From Azolla caroliniana (taxonomy: Eukaryota; Plantae; Polypodiophyta): a DNA stretch of 64,000 nucleotides. Location: positions 26,908,001-26,972,000 of the forward strand of contig JBHGNT010000002.1 in the NCBI GenBank assembly GCA_043228905.1, written 5' to 3'. Each line of letters begins with the position of its first letter. Within the stretch, counting starts at the first letter, position 1. Below, one piece after another: positions 1 to 13,804 of this stretch. The notes below the pieces were generated by a model, which worked only from the letters and a program-made list of their open reading frames with translations, made no database searches and was not told the origin of the DNA. Made by a program: the position numbers and the translations under genes.

Positions 1-707
1 ATAGAATTTAGTGCTTGAATCCTGAAGAGAATGAGTTTTCTAGAGTATATTGCTTAGTTGGTGTAAGGGCAGTGCTTGAATACCATGGATTTCTCCACGA
101 ATGCGAATGTGGATCAATATAATTTGGTTGATTTGAATTCTTAAGAGAAGCGGACAGAGGCATGCATCTCTGAATTAAAAGTAGAGGTGAACCAAGTTGT
201 GAAATTCTGCCTAACGATGGTATTTAAAAAAGAGAGGATAAAATGGTAAATGACAATATTTGGAATATGATGGGAAGAAATTATGATAAACAGGATATAG
301 CAGATTTCTCTCTCGGATCTCCACCCTACTACTGTTTACAGCTAGATGCACACAAGGATGCATGCAGAAGAGAAGTTGGTGCAGACTCTGCAAAACTGGC
401 AACTAGTGACAATATGCTTACAATAGGAGTAGCAGATACAAGCTGGATAAGAAGCTGAATACTGCTTGTGATAAATTCCTATGAAAAGCTAATATATAGC
501 AGAATATTGGTTGCTTGTGTAGAAGTGACAAAAATTAGCCATTGTAATAATCAGAATGACCAATGTGACTGAAACTGCATTTTCGTAAACATAGATAGAT
601 GTGTTTCTCTTTGTCTTGTGCAAGCATATCTATAGTAGTATTTATAAACAAAGGTCACAGTGTTAATTTATGGAAAGTAAAAGTTAATGTTTGCTGTCGT
701 GTTTCAG

Positions 708-3048
708 GATGTTAAGGAAAATCCAGTGTTGCTCTACATGAAGGGTGTTCCGGATGCCCCACAATGTGGATTTAGTGCAATGGTTACGCGTATATTGCAA
801 GCGCATGGTATTTACAGGACACCTCTATAATATCTAGCTGTGTTGTAAAGTTACGGAATTGATCATGCATATCATTTGAAAAGAACTTGAAAACTGATGC
901 TTTGGTGATTAATTTGAGTTTTATACTGCAGGTGTGCCCTTTGCAGCAAGAAACATCTTGGAGGATCAAGAACTTCGACAAGCCATGAAGAGTTTTAGGT
1001 ATGGCCATGAACGTTCATATTTGAAATCTTGTGTGGGATTTTGGATTGTGTTCTTGATTTCTTGGCGTGGATCATGGGAAGAGCTTATTGAAACAGTACA
1101 TTGATTCAATAAAGCTATGTATGTTTCTATTTGAAATTGTGTGTGGGCTTTTGGATTACGTTCTTGATTTAATGGCACAGATCCTGGGAAGAGCTTATTG
1201 AAACAGTATATCATTACATAGATTCAATAAAGCTATGTATGTTCCTATTTGAAATCTTGTGTGGGCGTTTGGATTATGTTCTTGATTTCATGGCACAGAT
1301 CCTGGGAAGAGCTTATTGAAACACTATATCATTACATAGATTCAATAAAGCTATGTACGTTCCTATTTGAAATCTTTTGTGGGCGTTTGGATTATGTTCT
1401 TGATTTCATGGCACAGATCCTGGGAAGAGCTTATTGAAACAGTACATCATTACATAGATTCAATAAAGCTATGTACAGTGATGCACCACACATATTTATT
1501 GAACCTCAAATTTCAAGCATCCTTTTTCCTTTTTAGATGATTTTTTACTATGTACCCACTGAGGATTCTCTTCCAGGATTAATCAATTAATCCCTCAATC
1601 ATTCTTCATAAGAGAAGTCTCATTGTCAATTGTGATTGGGTGATGAAAGGCTGATTCAAATCCTTTTTTGAGGTATTAGTGCTTGGATGGTGGCCCATGA
1701 TCAACCTTATCGTTTCATATGGTTGATTTTGTGTATAGCAAGGAACCAGAGATGGGTTTGTGAATACCATCAATATCTACAGGAGGAGCTGTGATGAAAG
1801 CAATGATGAATATGGCACTTGTGGGTTGTAATGCGGGAATCGTTAAGACACTGAACCATCCAAATTGCAGACAGTTTTCAGTGCTGGTGATCCAGTTGCA
1901 GATGTGACCCCATAGGCTTTGTCTCCGTAGTGGTCTTGACTTAACTTGAACACCACCGCAGGTACATGTGAAGAAGTCACCTTCTCAATGATCGGATAAC
2001 GGACTGTCTTATCTTTAGGTCTACATTGATATGTCGAAATGGGCCAATCAAGGGACATCACTTGAATATCACTACAAGTACATGTGAAGAAATCACCCTC
2101 TAAATGATCGGCCAACAGATTATCTTATCTTTAGTTTGTCATTGATACCAAGGTACAAAGCATCAAAACTCCTTTAAGGTCAATAGGCAATAAAGACCAG
2201 TTTTATTAGACCATGCAGCTAATTTATACTCACAATTTCTTTGGCTTAAAATCTGTAGGGATTTCTGAGATGTTATATTTCATTTAAACTGAATAGATAA
2301 TACTAGAGGAAAAAACGCTTGATGCTTCTTAGATTGACATATATCATGGACTTTGTGTGCCCATTTTCTTACACTTCGGGAAGCGTCTAGTCTATTTACT
2401 CTCTTGGAGAATCTTTCTAAGCATCCACTGAGTGATGGATAATAAGGATTGGCTAATCAAGATGCACCATTGGTAGCTACCATTGAGGAAACTGCACAGT
2501 ATTTTGATACCAGATTTTTTGTCTACAACATCCATTTAGCCATTTACTGTTGTGTCTATGCCACTTAACCTTTTTAATGTAGTTTCAATACTTGAAACGC
2601 AGTTCTGTGATTTTCTGGCAGCCCTTTGTTGTCAGTGTGTGATTGTCGCGATAATTATATTTGTTTGTGTCTATTCATATGATGCTATATGTGCCATATT
2701 TCTAATGTATTGCTGTGTTTTCTCGGTTGTGGCATCAATAGTTTTACATGAATTGTTATTTTCCTATGGTACTGGCATGCAGCAATTGGCCTACTTTTCC
2801 ACAAGTTTATATAAAAGGAGAATTTGTTGGAGGCTGTGATATCTTAAAGAAGATGCATGAGGTAAAGCTATTTCTAGACATTAAATAAATAGAGCATAAC
2901 TGTTCTTACAGATGTAAAGTATGATCAAGTTTGGATACCTACATTTGATTTTGATAAAAAGAGTGCTAAAACTTTGTAATCTCCATGTGTTATTTGGCAG
3001 TCTGGTGAGCTAGAGGAGATGCTCAAAGACATTCCTGGGAAACAGTAG
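708..3048 (+). CDS. GRXS15: Monothiol CGFS glutaredoxin (GRXS15/Grx5 type), 3' exons only; 5' exon(s) lie upstream of the window
   Basis: GT-AG exons 708-807, 932-998, 2783-2861 and 3001-3048 join in frame to [107 protein letters not shown] and GGCD motifs are present. Confidence 0.93.
1019..1476. repeat. Intronic tandem repeat, about 4 copies of a ~110-119 bp unit
   Basis: The unit ATTTGAAATCTTGTGTGGG...GGGAAGAGCTTATTGAAAC...GATTCAATAAAGCTATGTA recurs four times in the GRX intron. Confidence 0.92.
1962..2147. repeat. Direct repeat, 2 diverged copies of ~70 bp, ~116 bp apart
   Basis: GTACATGTGAAGAA(G/A)TCACC...ATGATCGG...TCTTATCTTTAG...CATTGATA occurs twice. Confidence 0.8.
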
Positions 3049-5309
3049 AAATCATTCAAAAATTTGCGAGGATTTGTTGCTCTTTGTATGTTGATTGGTG
3101 TATATCTGAGAACACATATTGTTCAATAAAGTTTCCAAAGCTTGCTTTGCATTTGTAATTAAGGTTTTATTTTTTACTCTAATTCCAGGGCACACAAGTT
3201 TGAACAAGGAGAAGTTGGTTGATCAGGATGGCTGGGTTACAATTGGTGTGCATGTAAATTTTCGCCAGTATATGCACTGCTGGAGTCATTTGATAATGGA
3301 AATTAGATTGAAGTTTATTTTCTTGCAAAATGCTGTGAAAATGATTTGGTATATTCCCCTTCTTGTAAGGGGTGTGAATTTCGTAACTTTTTATATTTGC
3401 CTTCACTCATTAAAGATAGACCATATACATCATTGATGAAGATGTTTTTTTGTCAAATGAATACCTTGTTGAGGGCATTCCCTCGCTCGTGGTTTGTCAG
3501 ATGTTTGCCCTTTGAGTTGGTCTCAGCTTTAACTGGGGAAAGGAAACATGCACCATCTTTGGCATATGTGGAGTAAAGCTCTTATTTATTCATGATGGTT
3601 TTCTTGGTTTTATGCACATAGATCACAATTAAGCTGTCTTCAATCAGCCACGATTGTGTAATGAGTGCTGTTTTTAGATCATGGAAGTTTGAATTGTAGT
3701 TTAAATTTATTGTTATCCCTAAGCTCTAGGTTTTGAGCATCAAGAAACTGTTAATGGCATAACGTGATGAATAATGGCATATTGGAACTCCTAATATGTG
3801 TGGATTCAAATTGGCATTTGTTCTTTTGAAATGTATTGGACTCATATTCACATGGTATGTGGATCTATTTGGCAGTTATACAATTTCACTGGCTATACCA
3901 TTTGGCCCCAGTTCAAACTTGATAAATTCATTACCCATGTGCTCTCAGACCATCTTTACTTAAATGTATTTTCTCTGATCAGCACATCTTAGGCCCTGCA
4001 GTGCACATTTCTCCTCGTGTACATTATCACCATTATTTTGTTCATAGACTATTATAGTGTTGAACTTGGAAGTGTCACACTCACAATCCGTACTATTATC
4101 TCCTTTTTTGGAGGCCTAACTTCAAGATTGGGAGAATAACGTACTGTGAGAAATTTACTAGCGGCAAATTAGTCTCTGAAAATTTGTAGTGTCCTTATTA
4201 TGTAAGAACCATGAATATCCTTGAACTCTTGTAGAATGATTGTTTGAATGGTAGATGCAACCTCAAAGACCAATGTTGGTGGTATGCACATTTGATTTTA
4301 AAGAGCTAGAATGTGATTGCATCATGTGAATTTCCTATAGAACACTCCTAAAGCTAAAAAGGCATTGGCATAAGATGGCACAAACCATAATTCACAACAT
4401 ACCAAAAGATAGGAGAGAGAATTTGTTGCAATTTGATGAACCATTGGTAGTCTTGTGATGCTTGATGTTGTGAACAAACATTATATTCTAAAGTATGATA
4501 CTCAAGCATTTATTACCTAAAAAATGGTAAAGTTTGTGACTCGTGATTGGTATCATGCACTTAGAGACACCATTTGGAGACATGAGTCTAACAAAGTGCA
4601 AGAAAAGCATCTATGATTGAGATTTTTTATGTGATTTCATGAGATTTTTAACAATACTCCCTTGATTCTTCCAAAACATAGCCATTATAAGGCTTAAGAG
4701 TTAATCCAAACTCTCATGAAAACGAAGGCAAAAATTAGAAGACTATGGTGATAACTATAACTCGTCCCACGTTTCCATCCTTCCAATAACGATTTCTAGC
4801 ATTGGATATGTGCATGCCAAATTTTCACATCATGAAAATGATAATCACCAGCTTCAGAGTTGGCATCATTTGAATCCTCGCCATTATCATCATACAACAT
4901 CTCGCTCTTTAGGTAGAGATCGGGGTCAAAATTTGTAAGCAAACATTATGGGCTATATATAAGGTGAAGTCGAGAGAAGAGGCCAATACGTATACTGTGG
5001 GATGGATTCATATGATTCGGGTGCTGCTTGCCTCTCTCTCGGTGCAAATTAATGTTCCGAATAAGTGTGAGAATGAATCACATGTTGTTGAGACTTGAGA
5101 GTGAGAGAGAGGAGCGAGAGTGAGGACATCCATCCATGCAGAGTGATTGTGACATGACACCCTCGGCAGGCATCCGAACCACCCAAAAAAAGAGTCCCCC
5201 AAAAAACTATCATAAATAAAGTGTGGGTTGCATGAAGCAATTGGGCCACAAAGAACAAAAATATTCACTATAAAAAACAAACAGCAAATAAGATCTCTGC
5301 TCCAGACAG

Positions 5310-5316
5310 AAAGGAA

Positions 5317-5357
<41 letters not shown>

Positions 5358-5415
5358 GGAAGAAGAAGAAGGAAGCAGCAGGAAGCAGGAGGAGGAGAAG
5401 GAGGAGAAGGAGAAG
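5310..5415. repeat. (GAA/GGA)n purine microsatellite upstream of the ACP start
   Basis: Direct sequence. It explains the spurious poly-K/R and poly-L ORFs here. Confidence 0.9.
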
Positions 5416-5453
5416 CCGTCGTCACATTCACCTCCTCCCCTTCTTTATACCCA

Positions 5454-6369
5454 ATGGCCTTTTCTTTGTCTCTTGCTTTTCCTTCTTCTGCGTCTGCTAC
5501 CGATGGCTTTGCTTCCTGCATTGGCATTCCCAGTTCTTCCTCCAACACACTGTCACTTCTACCACATAAGGTATTCTTCTTCTAGTCTTCTTCATTCTCT
5601 TCTCTCTCTCTCTCTCTCCCTCTAACTTCGTATGTCCTTCATTAGTCTGATCGAGTTTTCTTTATTTCCACTGTTTTTTTGCCTTTGCTCCTCTGTCTGG
5701 CATGGCATGGCATGGTATGGTATGGTCTTGAATGGGAAAACCCTCGACCTTCTCTGGAGTGAAGAGTCCTTCTGCTATGTCCATGGGAATACTGAGGAGG
5801 AGGAACCAGAACATAACAATTTGCAAGGTACTTAACGCTACCACAACAAAGACCCCCCAAATCCCACATCAACCCATTCTTGTTGATTTTAATTTTTTGT
5901 ATGAGCTTTCCATGTTTCCACAGGCTGCCACTGCATCTGATGCTCTGTCGGCAACCCCTGAGACAGTGAAGAAAGTGGTGGAGATTGTGGCGAACCAACT
6001 CGCCACTCCCACCGACACCATCGATCCTCAGTCCAGATTCCAAGAACTCGGTGCGGATTCGCTCGATCAGGTGGCTCCATAGACCATAGATTGTGGCTAG
6101 AACTGATCCATAAGACCATAGATTTTGGTGCTCTTGTTTGAACACTGTAGCAATTGACATGCCTGCCTTCCTAAACATGAGAGCAGCCTTCCATAATAAT
6201 TACTTGCTTTTTCGGAAAATGTATGTGAACCTTGTAGGTGGAGATTGTGATGGCCTTGGAAGAGGAATTCAACATCAATGTTAGCGAGAATGGTGCCGAT
6301 TCCATTTCGACAGTGCAGGATGCAGCAGATCTCATCCAGAGAGCTGTCTCCGAGAAGGATGGACAGTAA
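5454..6369 (+). CDS. ACP: Acyl carrier protein, probably plastid (Ser-rich transit peptide)
   Basis: Exons 5454-5570, ~5765(or ATG 5732)-5827, 5924-6070 and 6238-6369. Mature part [17 protein letters not shown]...[26 protein letters not shown]...[11 protein letters not shown] has the DSL phosphopantetheine serine. The exon 2 acceptor is ambiguous. Confidence 0.92.
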
Positions 6370-7271
6370 TGTGCAGACTGCGGACCAAGGAATAAGGAAT
6401 TAATGACGAAGGATTAAGGAATAAGTGCGAAGAATCACATAGTTTCTAAGATAATTGCAGAGCGTCCTGAGAATTCGCCAGTCTCCGATACTGTGATGCT
6501 TGATTTTGATTGATACAATTCAAATCCAAGGGTAGCTCCAACAACCCAACTCATATGATGTACCATCTGAATTCTGTTGTTGCCATAGGAAACGTCATTT
6601 ATGGATATTGATTACACGAGGGACTATACAATGAAGTGTGGAATAATAGGGGGATACAAGGGTAGTATTTAATACAATGAAGATTGAAACAATTGTTTGG
6701 GGGGGGGGGGGGGGATATTCAAGGTTTTAGTTGGGGATAGGACAATTGGGTAGTCACTATTTATATATGTAACCTCCTTGCTCAATTGAGCACATAAAAA
6801 ACATGATTGCCATCAACAAAGTGTATGTGATGTGTAAGTAAGCATGCGTGTGTCTGAGAGAGAGAGAGACTCAATTGTGTGGTGAGCTCGTTAGTTTTTT
6901 GTTGGTTTATAATGTGGTACAAATATGAAAGCAGCATTTAATTGACATGGACATAGGTTGCCGCCTCTACTACTAATGTGCAAATCTTTGAAATCGTTGT
7001 ACTTTTGAAAACAATCCTTGATAGATTTATATATTGCTATAATGTGATGTCATTACCACAATCACAAAGCGCATAATGAACCCATTTATTTTAGCTTGTT
7101 TTTGCAAATGTGTATGATTGAAATAATCACATTATGCAAGCATACACAAATAATGAGGTATTACTTTCAAACCTATTTCCTTTTCGAAATAACTACATCA
7201 AAAGATAACATGTACCCTACTTATATTATAAGTTAGCGTGTAGTTTCAAACACACATACCAATCTTTTCAA

Positions 7272-7411
7272 TGTTGAAATTGAGCATGGGCACATGTAAA
7301 CACCGCTCTACTTTTGGTGACCTTACTCAACATGATTGTGATTTGTTGAAATTGAGCATGGGCACAATTGTCCAAACACTATTATACTTTTGGTAACCTC
7401 ACTCAACATGA
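7272..7411. repeat. Tandem duplication, 2 x ~72 bp
   Basis: TGTTGAAATTGAGCATGGGCACA...TACTTTTGGT(G/A)ACCT(T/C)ACTCAACATGA occurs twice. Confidence 0.85.
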
Positions 7412-8203
7412 CTCTGGAGTAGAATCAACTGAAAACACGCTTTGGCTGGGCTAACTTCCCATAGACCTGCAAAACATAATAGCATAGGGAGATGGGTAAG
7501 AGGGTTGGTGGTTGCGACCAAACCCTCCACACTCTTGCCTAAATGCTCGTATGCTCAAGTGTGTTTCTGATTGTGCATAAAGACACATGGGGCATGCTAG
7601 AAAGCATTGGTAAACCTAGAAGGTCGAACACACATGCATTGCATGTGCATGTTCGCATACACAATGACACATATATAGTTCTTTCTACATGGGCAAACCA
7701 AATGGGCTATATATGCCTAGGTCCCTGTCAAGGGCAAAACCAGGATATGTACATAGATAGATAGAGTTCACTATCAATCAATCAATCATGTGTGTATGTA
7801 CATATAATGTACCCCCACACCTTTCCTTTCCTTTCGTTTCCCTACCTTTTTCTCTCTGTCTTTTAGAGTCCCTGTCAAGAATCGATCTTGGATCTCCCCC
7901 ATGGCTCTAGAGTCTACACACGCATGCAATTATATATATGTATGTATTTAGTTAAAAAAGAAAAGAAAAGACACAGAGAAACAGAGTGTTCCATCCTTCT
8001 GGAGTAAATCCCCCCCTTCCCCTGCTCCCCTGCCGTTGCAACAGAGTTACCTGTTTCCTTCCATCCATCCATCCATGGCTTCTCCCTCTCTCCCTCCCTC
8101 ACTCTGTTTACTCATCTTCCCACCTGCAACTAACCATCCATCCCTGCATACCCGCCTCACCCTCTAAAACACATAATCTCTCCTCCTCCCCTAACACAGT
8201 TAG

Positions 8204-11200
8204 ATGGCTATGGCGGTTGGAGATACTCCCCCCACCTCCACTTCCTTCCACGTTCACCATCCCACCCTCCCACATCCCAAATTCCCTTCTCCATCTCCTC
8301 CTCCCCCTATATTGCGTCGCTGGTGCTCTATGTTGGCTCGCCTGTCCCCATGCTTGTTCATAGCCTCCCTGCTCTTCTTCTTCCTCATGGTTCAGTTCGA
8401 TTTAGTACCTCAGATAGATTCCCCCCAGATCAGGGTTTTCCTTCACAAATTAAGAAGCTTGCCATTGCCCTCCACCTATTCATCATCATCACCTCCACCA
8501 CCGCCATTGTCGCCCATACCCTCCTCCTACTCCTCCTCCTCACCAGCACCAGGAAAAGCCCACCCATCACCTCCCCGCAATTCCGAGGTTGCGAATTCTT
8601 CTGCCAGCCCATCCAAGTCAACAAATTCTGCTGCAAATCCGACAGGCCGCATCGCGATTTGTATTGTAGGCGGTGTCAGAGAATTCGAGCTTACAGGGCC
8701 ATCTATGAAGGAATATCTCCTCCAAAGCTTTGCCAATGCAGATGTGTTTCTGCATGCCCCTTTCGACAAAGACTCCTACAAGCTTTCTATCCTTAAAGAC
8801 ATTCCAAATCTTGTACATTTTCGCATCTTCAACCCGGAAACTATTTCCGAGCCCAGGACTTATACAGATATTCTTACAGCTAGCAACTCTCCTCATGGCA
8901 TTCAGGTACTCTTCTTTGAATACTTTATTTATGGTTGATGTTTGTAGGATTGCACACGCCAACTGATGTCCTATTAACCAGATAGCCAATTTTTTTATCA
9001 TTCCATTTTTTATGACTTATGGATAAATATCTTCACCACAGTCCAAAGTTTTCCTTGTCTGCCCCTACTGCATTGTGTCTTTGACGCTAGTGTTCCCCGG
9101 GAAGTCTCAGATATTAAAATTGTTAATCTCGGAGTTCTTGAGTTAAGCGTTCCAATGCCATGGCCCATGGATTAAGCTAGTATTTTGTCGAAATCTCAGA
9201 GTTCTTGAGCAATTCAACACTGTCGACTAAGTTTGTGGGCAGTTGCATGCAACTTTCATTTTTTACTCTTTTCCGTCTTTGTTAGTAGATTGATTACTAT
9301 TATAAGTTTGCTAGTCCAGATTCACAATTCATACTGATTGACATGTAAAGTACTTTCCAGTCAGTCCCAATTCTTAATGTCCATTTTGGCATGTTCCAAA
9401 CTAGGTTATTGTGGTGTCTACCATGGAGCTGTTTTAAGTATCACCTATTTACAAGATTAGGACTTGATAATTGGAGAAAGTTAATAGAACATCTTATAAA
9501 ATGAAACTGCCTATACGCTAAGGACTTGGCTGAGAATAATCGCTATGCACTTTCCAAATAGGTAAGTATAGCATGCCTTCTTTGTTATGTCTTTTCCACC
9601 TCAACGCTGCCACATCAGCACTGCACAAACTGGAAACACAGATAGAAAAGCAACAGATTTGACTAGCTTAATATAGCCAACTTCAAACCTATTTGAGAAA
9701 GACCCACTATGAATTTATTGACAGATGATCTGTAGTTGTTTATCATTTAGAGCCTTGGTAAACATATAAGCAAGGGTGGGTTTCCTTTGAAGGACAACAC
9801 TCTGATCTGATTCTGTTGGCATTAACTTGTTCTTTCACAAAGTGATATTAGATATTGATATGCATAGACTTTGTATGAGAACAGATAGTTATTGTCAAAG
9901 TAGTTGATTGTCTCATTAATTGCATTAACCACGTTGCTTTAGAAATAAACAAAATATGTGCTGTCTTTTGATTCTGTTGAAAAAGTTGATATAAAAATTT
10001 GCTTCATGGTTAGCCTAGAAATAGTTCCACCACCAAACATGGAACAATATCCTGAAATTGACCTTCTATCATCCACACATTGTGCAAAATCAGCAAACAG
10101 AATAACCATAAACCTCATTACCATTAGAGCATGTTATACCATCATCAGGCGTGTTTGAAAGGTATCTCCACACCCTCAATGCCTCACACCAGAGTGAGAT
10201 TTGAGGATTGCTAGATAATTGACTCAATATGTCAATTGAATAACTCACACCTGGCCTACTATGAGGTAGATACAATCGAGATCTGACTCAGCGTGCTTAA
10301 AGTTGAGTCAAGTATGTTTTAAATCTACATACTGTAGTCTTTCAGCAACTGTTTCAAGTACTTATATTGTGAAATAAATTTAGAATCTTTGAATGGCCAA
10401 ACTTTCATGGTTATGTAGTAATGCAGATGACCAAGATCATTGATCGCAAATTGAGAAGAAAGTTGTTATTCAATGCAATCTGTGGTCTGGTTGTATGCTC
10501 TAGAAATAAGCAAATTATGAAATTTAAATTACCAAGCTCTAGGAGCTCACTTTAGTCCATGCAACGTTTCCTTGAGCCTGGGTACCTTGTCTTTATTTAA
10601 TTTACTCAATAAAATCTGGAGATTGCTCAACTTTGATGTCTTCATCATGATCTCCATTTAGGGAAGCAGTCTTCGCATTCATGAGAAAAATCTGCTACCC
10701 TGTTTGAGCACGCCAAGCGATGCTATATTAGCTTTGTTTTCGATCTCTTCATTGTGATCTCCATTTAAGGAAGCAGTGTTCGCATCCATGAGAAAAATCT
10801 GCCACCCTGTTTGAGCACACCAAGTAATGGTATATTAGATTTGTTTGAACCTTGTAGTTGTAGAGAAATTTTCTTCATAGTCCACAATTTTTGTCTCTGT
10901 GTAGCTCTGATTGCTAATCATGCATTAAATTTGTCAAGACTTCCATCAGTTTTGGACTTACTTAAACTTGGATATCCATTTTACACATTCCCAAGTATTA
11001 TTGATGGCATGCAAGATATTTCAGCCTCCATTGCCTTCTTCTACTGTGGCAATCTCAAGACCTCCTCTATTCAAGATGACTCTTCTTAGAGTGAGATTAA
11101 TTACATTCATAATCAATGATTCCTTTGCTTTGAGATAATTTGCCTTCATTTAGAATATCGCGAACTTCAAGTTCTGAATCTTTTAATGCAGAACTCATAC

Positions 11201-13804
11201 ACTCTGGTCAAAGCATGACTTTAGTATTTGCACAACTTAAGGCAGAGATGGAGGAGTAATAACATCAGAATCTTCTTTAGTTAAAAAATGCTTACTAATA
11301 ACAACAGTATGATTTCCAAACGAAAGAAATTCAAAGGCACTTGACCTTTTTTCATCTTGTTTGATGAAGTGTTCATAAGTAGCATCCTTGCTAACAGTGA
11401 CCTCTCGTTTCCTTATTAAATTCCACAACCTGTCTGCGTTGCTTGTAGACCAGCATCCAATAAAATTCGTCTTTTGGAACGTTAATTAACATCTTCTGTT
11501 GTTAATCTAGAATGTGAACACGAATTAAAATAAGAGAAACCAATCTTTTGAAATTTGGCACCCAAGCTTTAAATCCACAGAAAATTTATTATGGTATCTC
11601 ATCTTTAATTGCCTTGATCAGAGCTCTATTGAGAATACACACTGCACATGAACAAAAACAGGATGACCATTTTTTTAAAATAGAACACTGGAGGTTTAGA
11701 AACACAATTTATTTCAAGATGGCATTCTGCGTTTCTTTCAAAAGCCAAAACTTTGTTTCAAGAGAGATGGTGATGGTAGTAAACATGTTGAAGCTGCATT
11801 GTTGAAGTGGACCATTTCGCATTTCTAATGGCAAATTTCCTTTTGCCATTATCATGGAGGGATACTAATAGGTCATATGTTTTCCCATTGTGACAACATA
11901 CCACTACCTTCTTAGCAATTACAATTTGTTCTGCAACTCTTAACATAATTGGAGGACATGCAACATATTCATTTTTGTGCTCATATATTTCATATCTGTT
12001 GCTTCAAAGGTTGCAATGTCACATCTGTCAAAATCAGTACCCTATTGTGGCATTTTTAACCTTGTGCAATGTCTTCGGAGGACATGCAATGTATTCAATT
12101 TTGTGCTCATATATTTCATACATGTTACTTCAAAGTTCACAATGCCACACCTGAAAAAATCATTACTCTAGTGTGACACTTGTAACCTTGTGCAATGTCT
12201 TTTATGTGCCTTCCACATCTGTGAAAGAGAAACCCTCTCCGACCTGGACCATGATTTTGGAAGCTATAGCAGAAGAATGGGATGACAGTACCACTACATT
12301 AAAAATTAGATATAAAAGCTACATGAGCTCAAACAATGTGTTCAGTAATTCCTGAAGAACTGTAAGTTGTCTTCTCTCCAACAGTGACAATTTTACAGTG
12401 GCATTATAGTCCCTCTTGGTTATTCACATTGTGTGGAGTTTATAGTCAGTCTAGTCATCAAATGTAGCATTTTTTGTAAAATACTTAATGGTTCACTTTT
12501 GACATCTGATGGTGATACACAAGGCAAAGAGCTAGGCACATAACATCCAACCTCGGGGTTTCTTCCTTGTATGCTTCTTTACAGTAATAGGGATATCTCT
12601 TATGCTTAAATAAATAAATAAGAACAATCATATCTCTGTAAGATGCTTTACAAAGAACGGGGAAAAACCTGCAACATGATCATAACCTGGATTCTTTGTC
12701 CATTCACAATCACTTCAGAACCTTTCACATCAGTCATAATGCTGGCCGAATTTTAGGATTATTACTGTTGACCTCTGAAACTGTTTCCACAGACCACTTG
12801 TTATCTCAACATGCTGAAAATCACAGAAGTGTTTGGGGCTCTTTTTAATTCATAGTTCTTGGTTAGATATAAGTCATACACAGTTTCTTTTCAATAGTAC
12901 AGGTACATGTACATGTTCATGTATTGCACATCATATAAAGAATGATGTTTCATTGTAATTGAAATTCAAAGCTCAGTGATTCCTTTTAATTGAAAATCGC
13001 ATATTCCTAATTGCCTTTCTATGACGTTCACAGGGATTATTACAATATTTCAACCTTGTTGAGGGATGTGCACACATGATCAGTGAGTATCAACTGCAAC
13101 ATAAATTTGAATATAAGTGGGTAATTAGAACACGTCTTGATGGATACTGGAATGGGTATCTTCCACCATTAGATGAAATGGACGAGAAAGCATATACTGT
13201 TCCTGTAGGTTCTCAGTTTGGAGGATTAAATGACAGACTGGGCGTAGGCAACTGGCAGATGAGTGAAGTTGCATTATCCAGGCTGTCCCTTCTCCCACTT
13301 ATTCATGCACATGGTGCCAAGGGTCTCAACTCTGAATCGTCTTTCAAGCAACAATTGAGAATTAGGGAGGTGCCATACAAGCTACATGATTTTCCATTCT
13401 GTATTCTGAGCCGGCGGAAATATGGATGGCCCCCCGGGCGGCGAGGTGTACCTGTAGCTTCCATGTTCAACCGGGGGCATCTGAACGGAGCCAAGTGCAG
13501 GCCTTGTCACCCTGTGAGTAGTGGTGCCGCAGCAAAGTCTATTCTAGAAGGCCTTGATAGGGGTTGGAGTTGGCCTGGTAATGTTGACGACATAGAGCTC
13601 TGCAACCCTACTGGGGATTGGGAACCACAATGGCAAGATCTTTATGATACTCTGGCTGGTCCTGAAAGAGCCATGTTAAGAGTGACACTCACCCATCAAA
13701 ATTCTACTGAATGTATCCAAGAAAATGAAGCATTAAGAAAGCAAGTTCAGGTCTGGGACGCTCCTTCTCCAGCAATGATTTGTGAGAGAGCATTGAGAAC
13801 TTAA
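8204..13804 (+). CDS. Conserved plant uncharacterised type II membrane protein (TM anchor, Ser/Pro-rich stem, globular domain)
   Basis: Two exons, 8204-8905 and 13034-13804, join in frame (NSPHGIQ|GLLQYFNLVEGC). Motifs RIAICIVGG, FELTGPS, RTRLDGYW, GGLNDRLG and GAKCRPC match a plant family I recognise but cannot name with certainty. Confidence 0.85.
9900..12400 (-). mobile_element. Degenerate Ty1/copia LTR retrotransposon internal region, in an intron
   Basis: Minus-strand fragments: RNase H ADFAQCVDDRRSISGY...GGGTIS...KQ...STES; RT-end YLPHSRPGVSY...LSQ...ALRVWRYL; WNL...VTVSKDATY upstream of RT. Many stops and frameshifts. No LTRs recognised. Confidence 0.8.

Noticed and set aside
1019-1476. 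Regular repeats resembling a CRISPR array
   Set aside because: Whole units repeat with no unique spacers, they lie in a eukaryotic intron, and there are no cas genes.
4752-4767. TAACTATAACTCGTCC resembles the LSU rRNA / I-CeuI site
   Set aside because: Only ~15 nt with mismatches, and no flanking rRNA similarity.
5210-5569. Poly-K/R and poly-L ORFs
   Set aside because: Translations of the (GAA/GGA)n microsatellite upstream of ACP.
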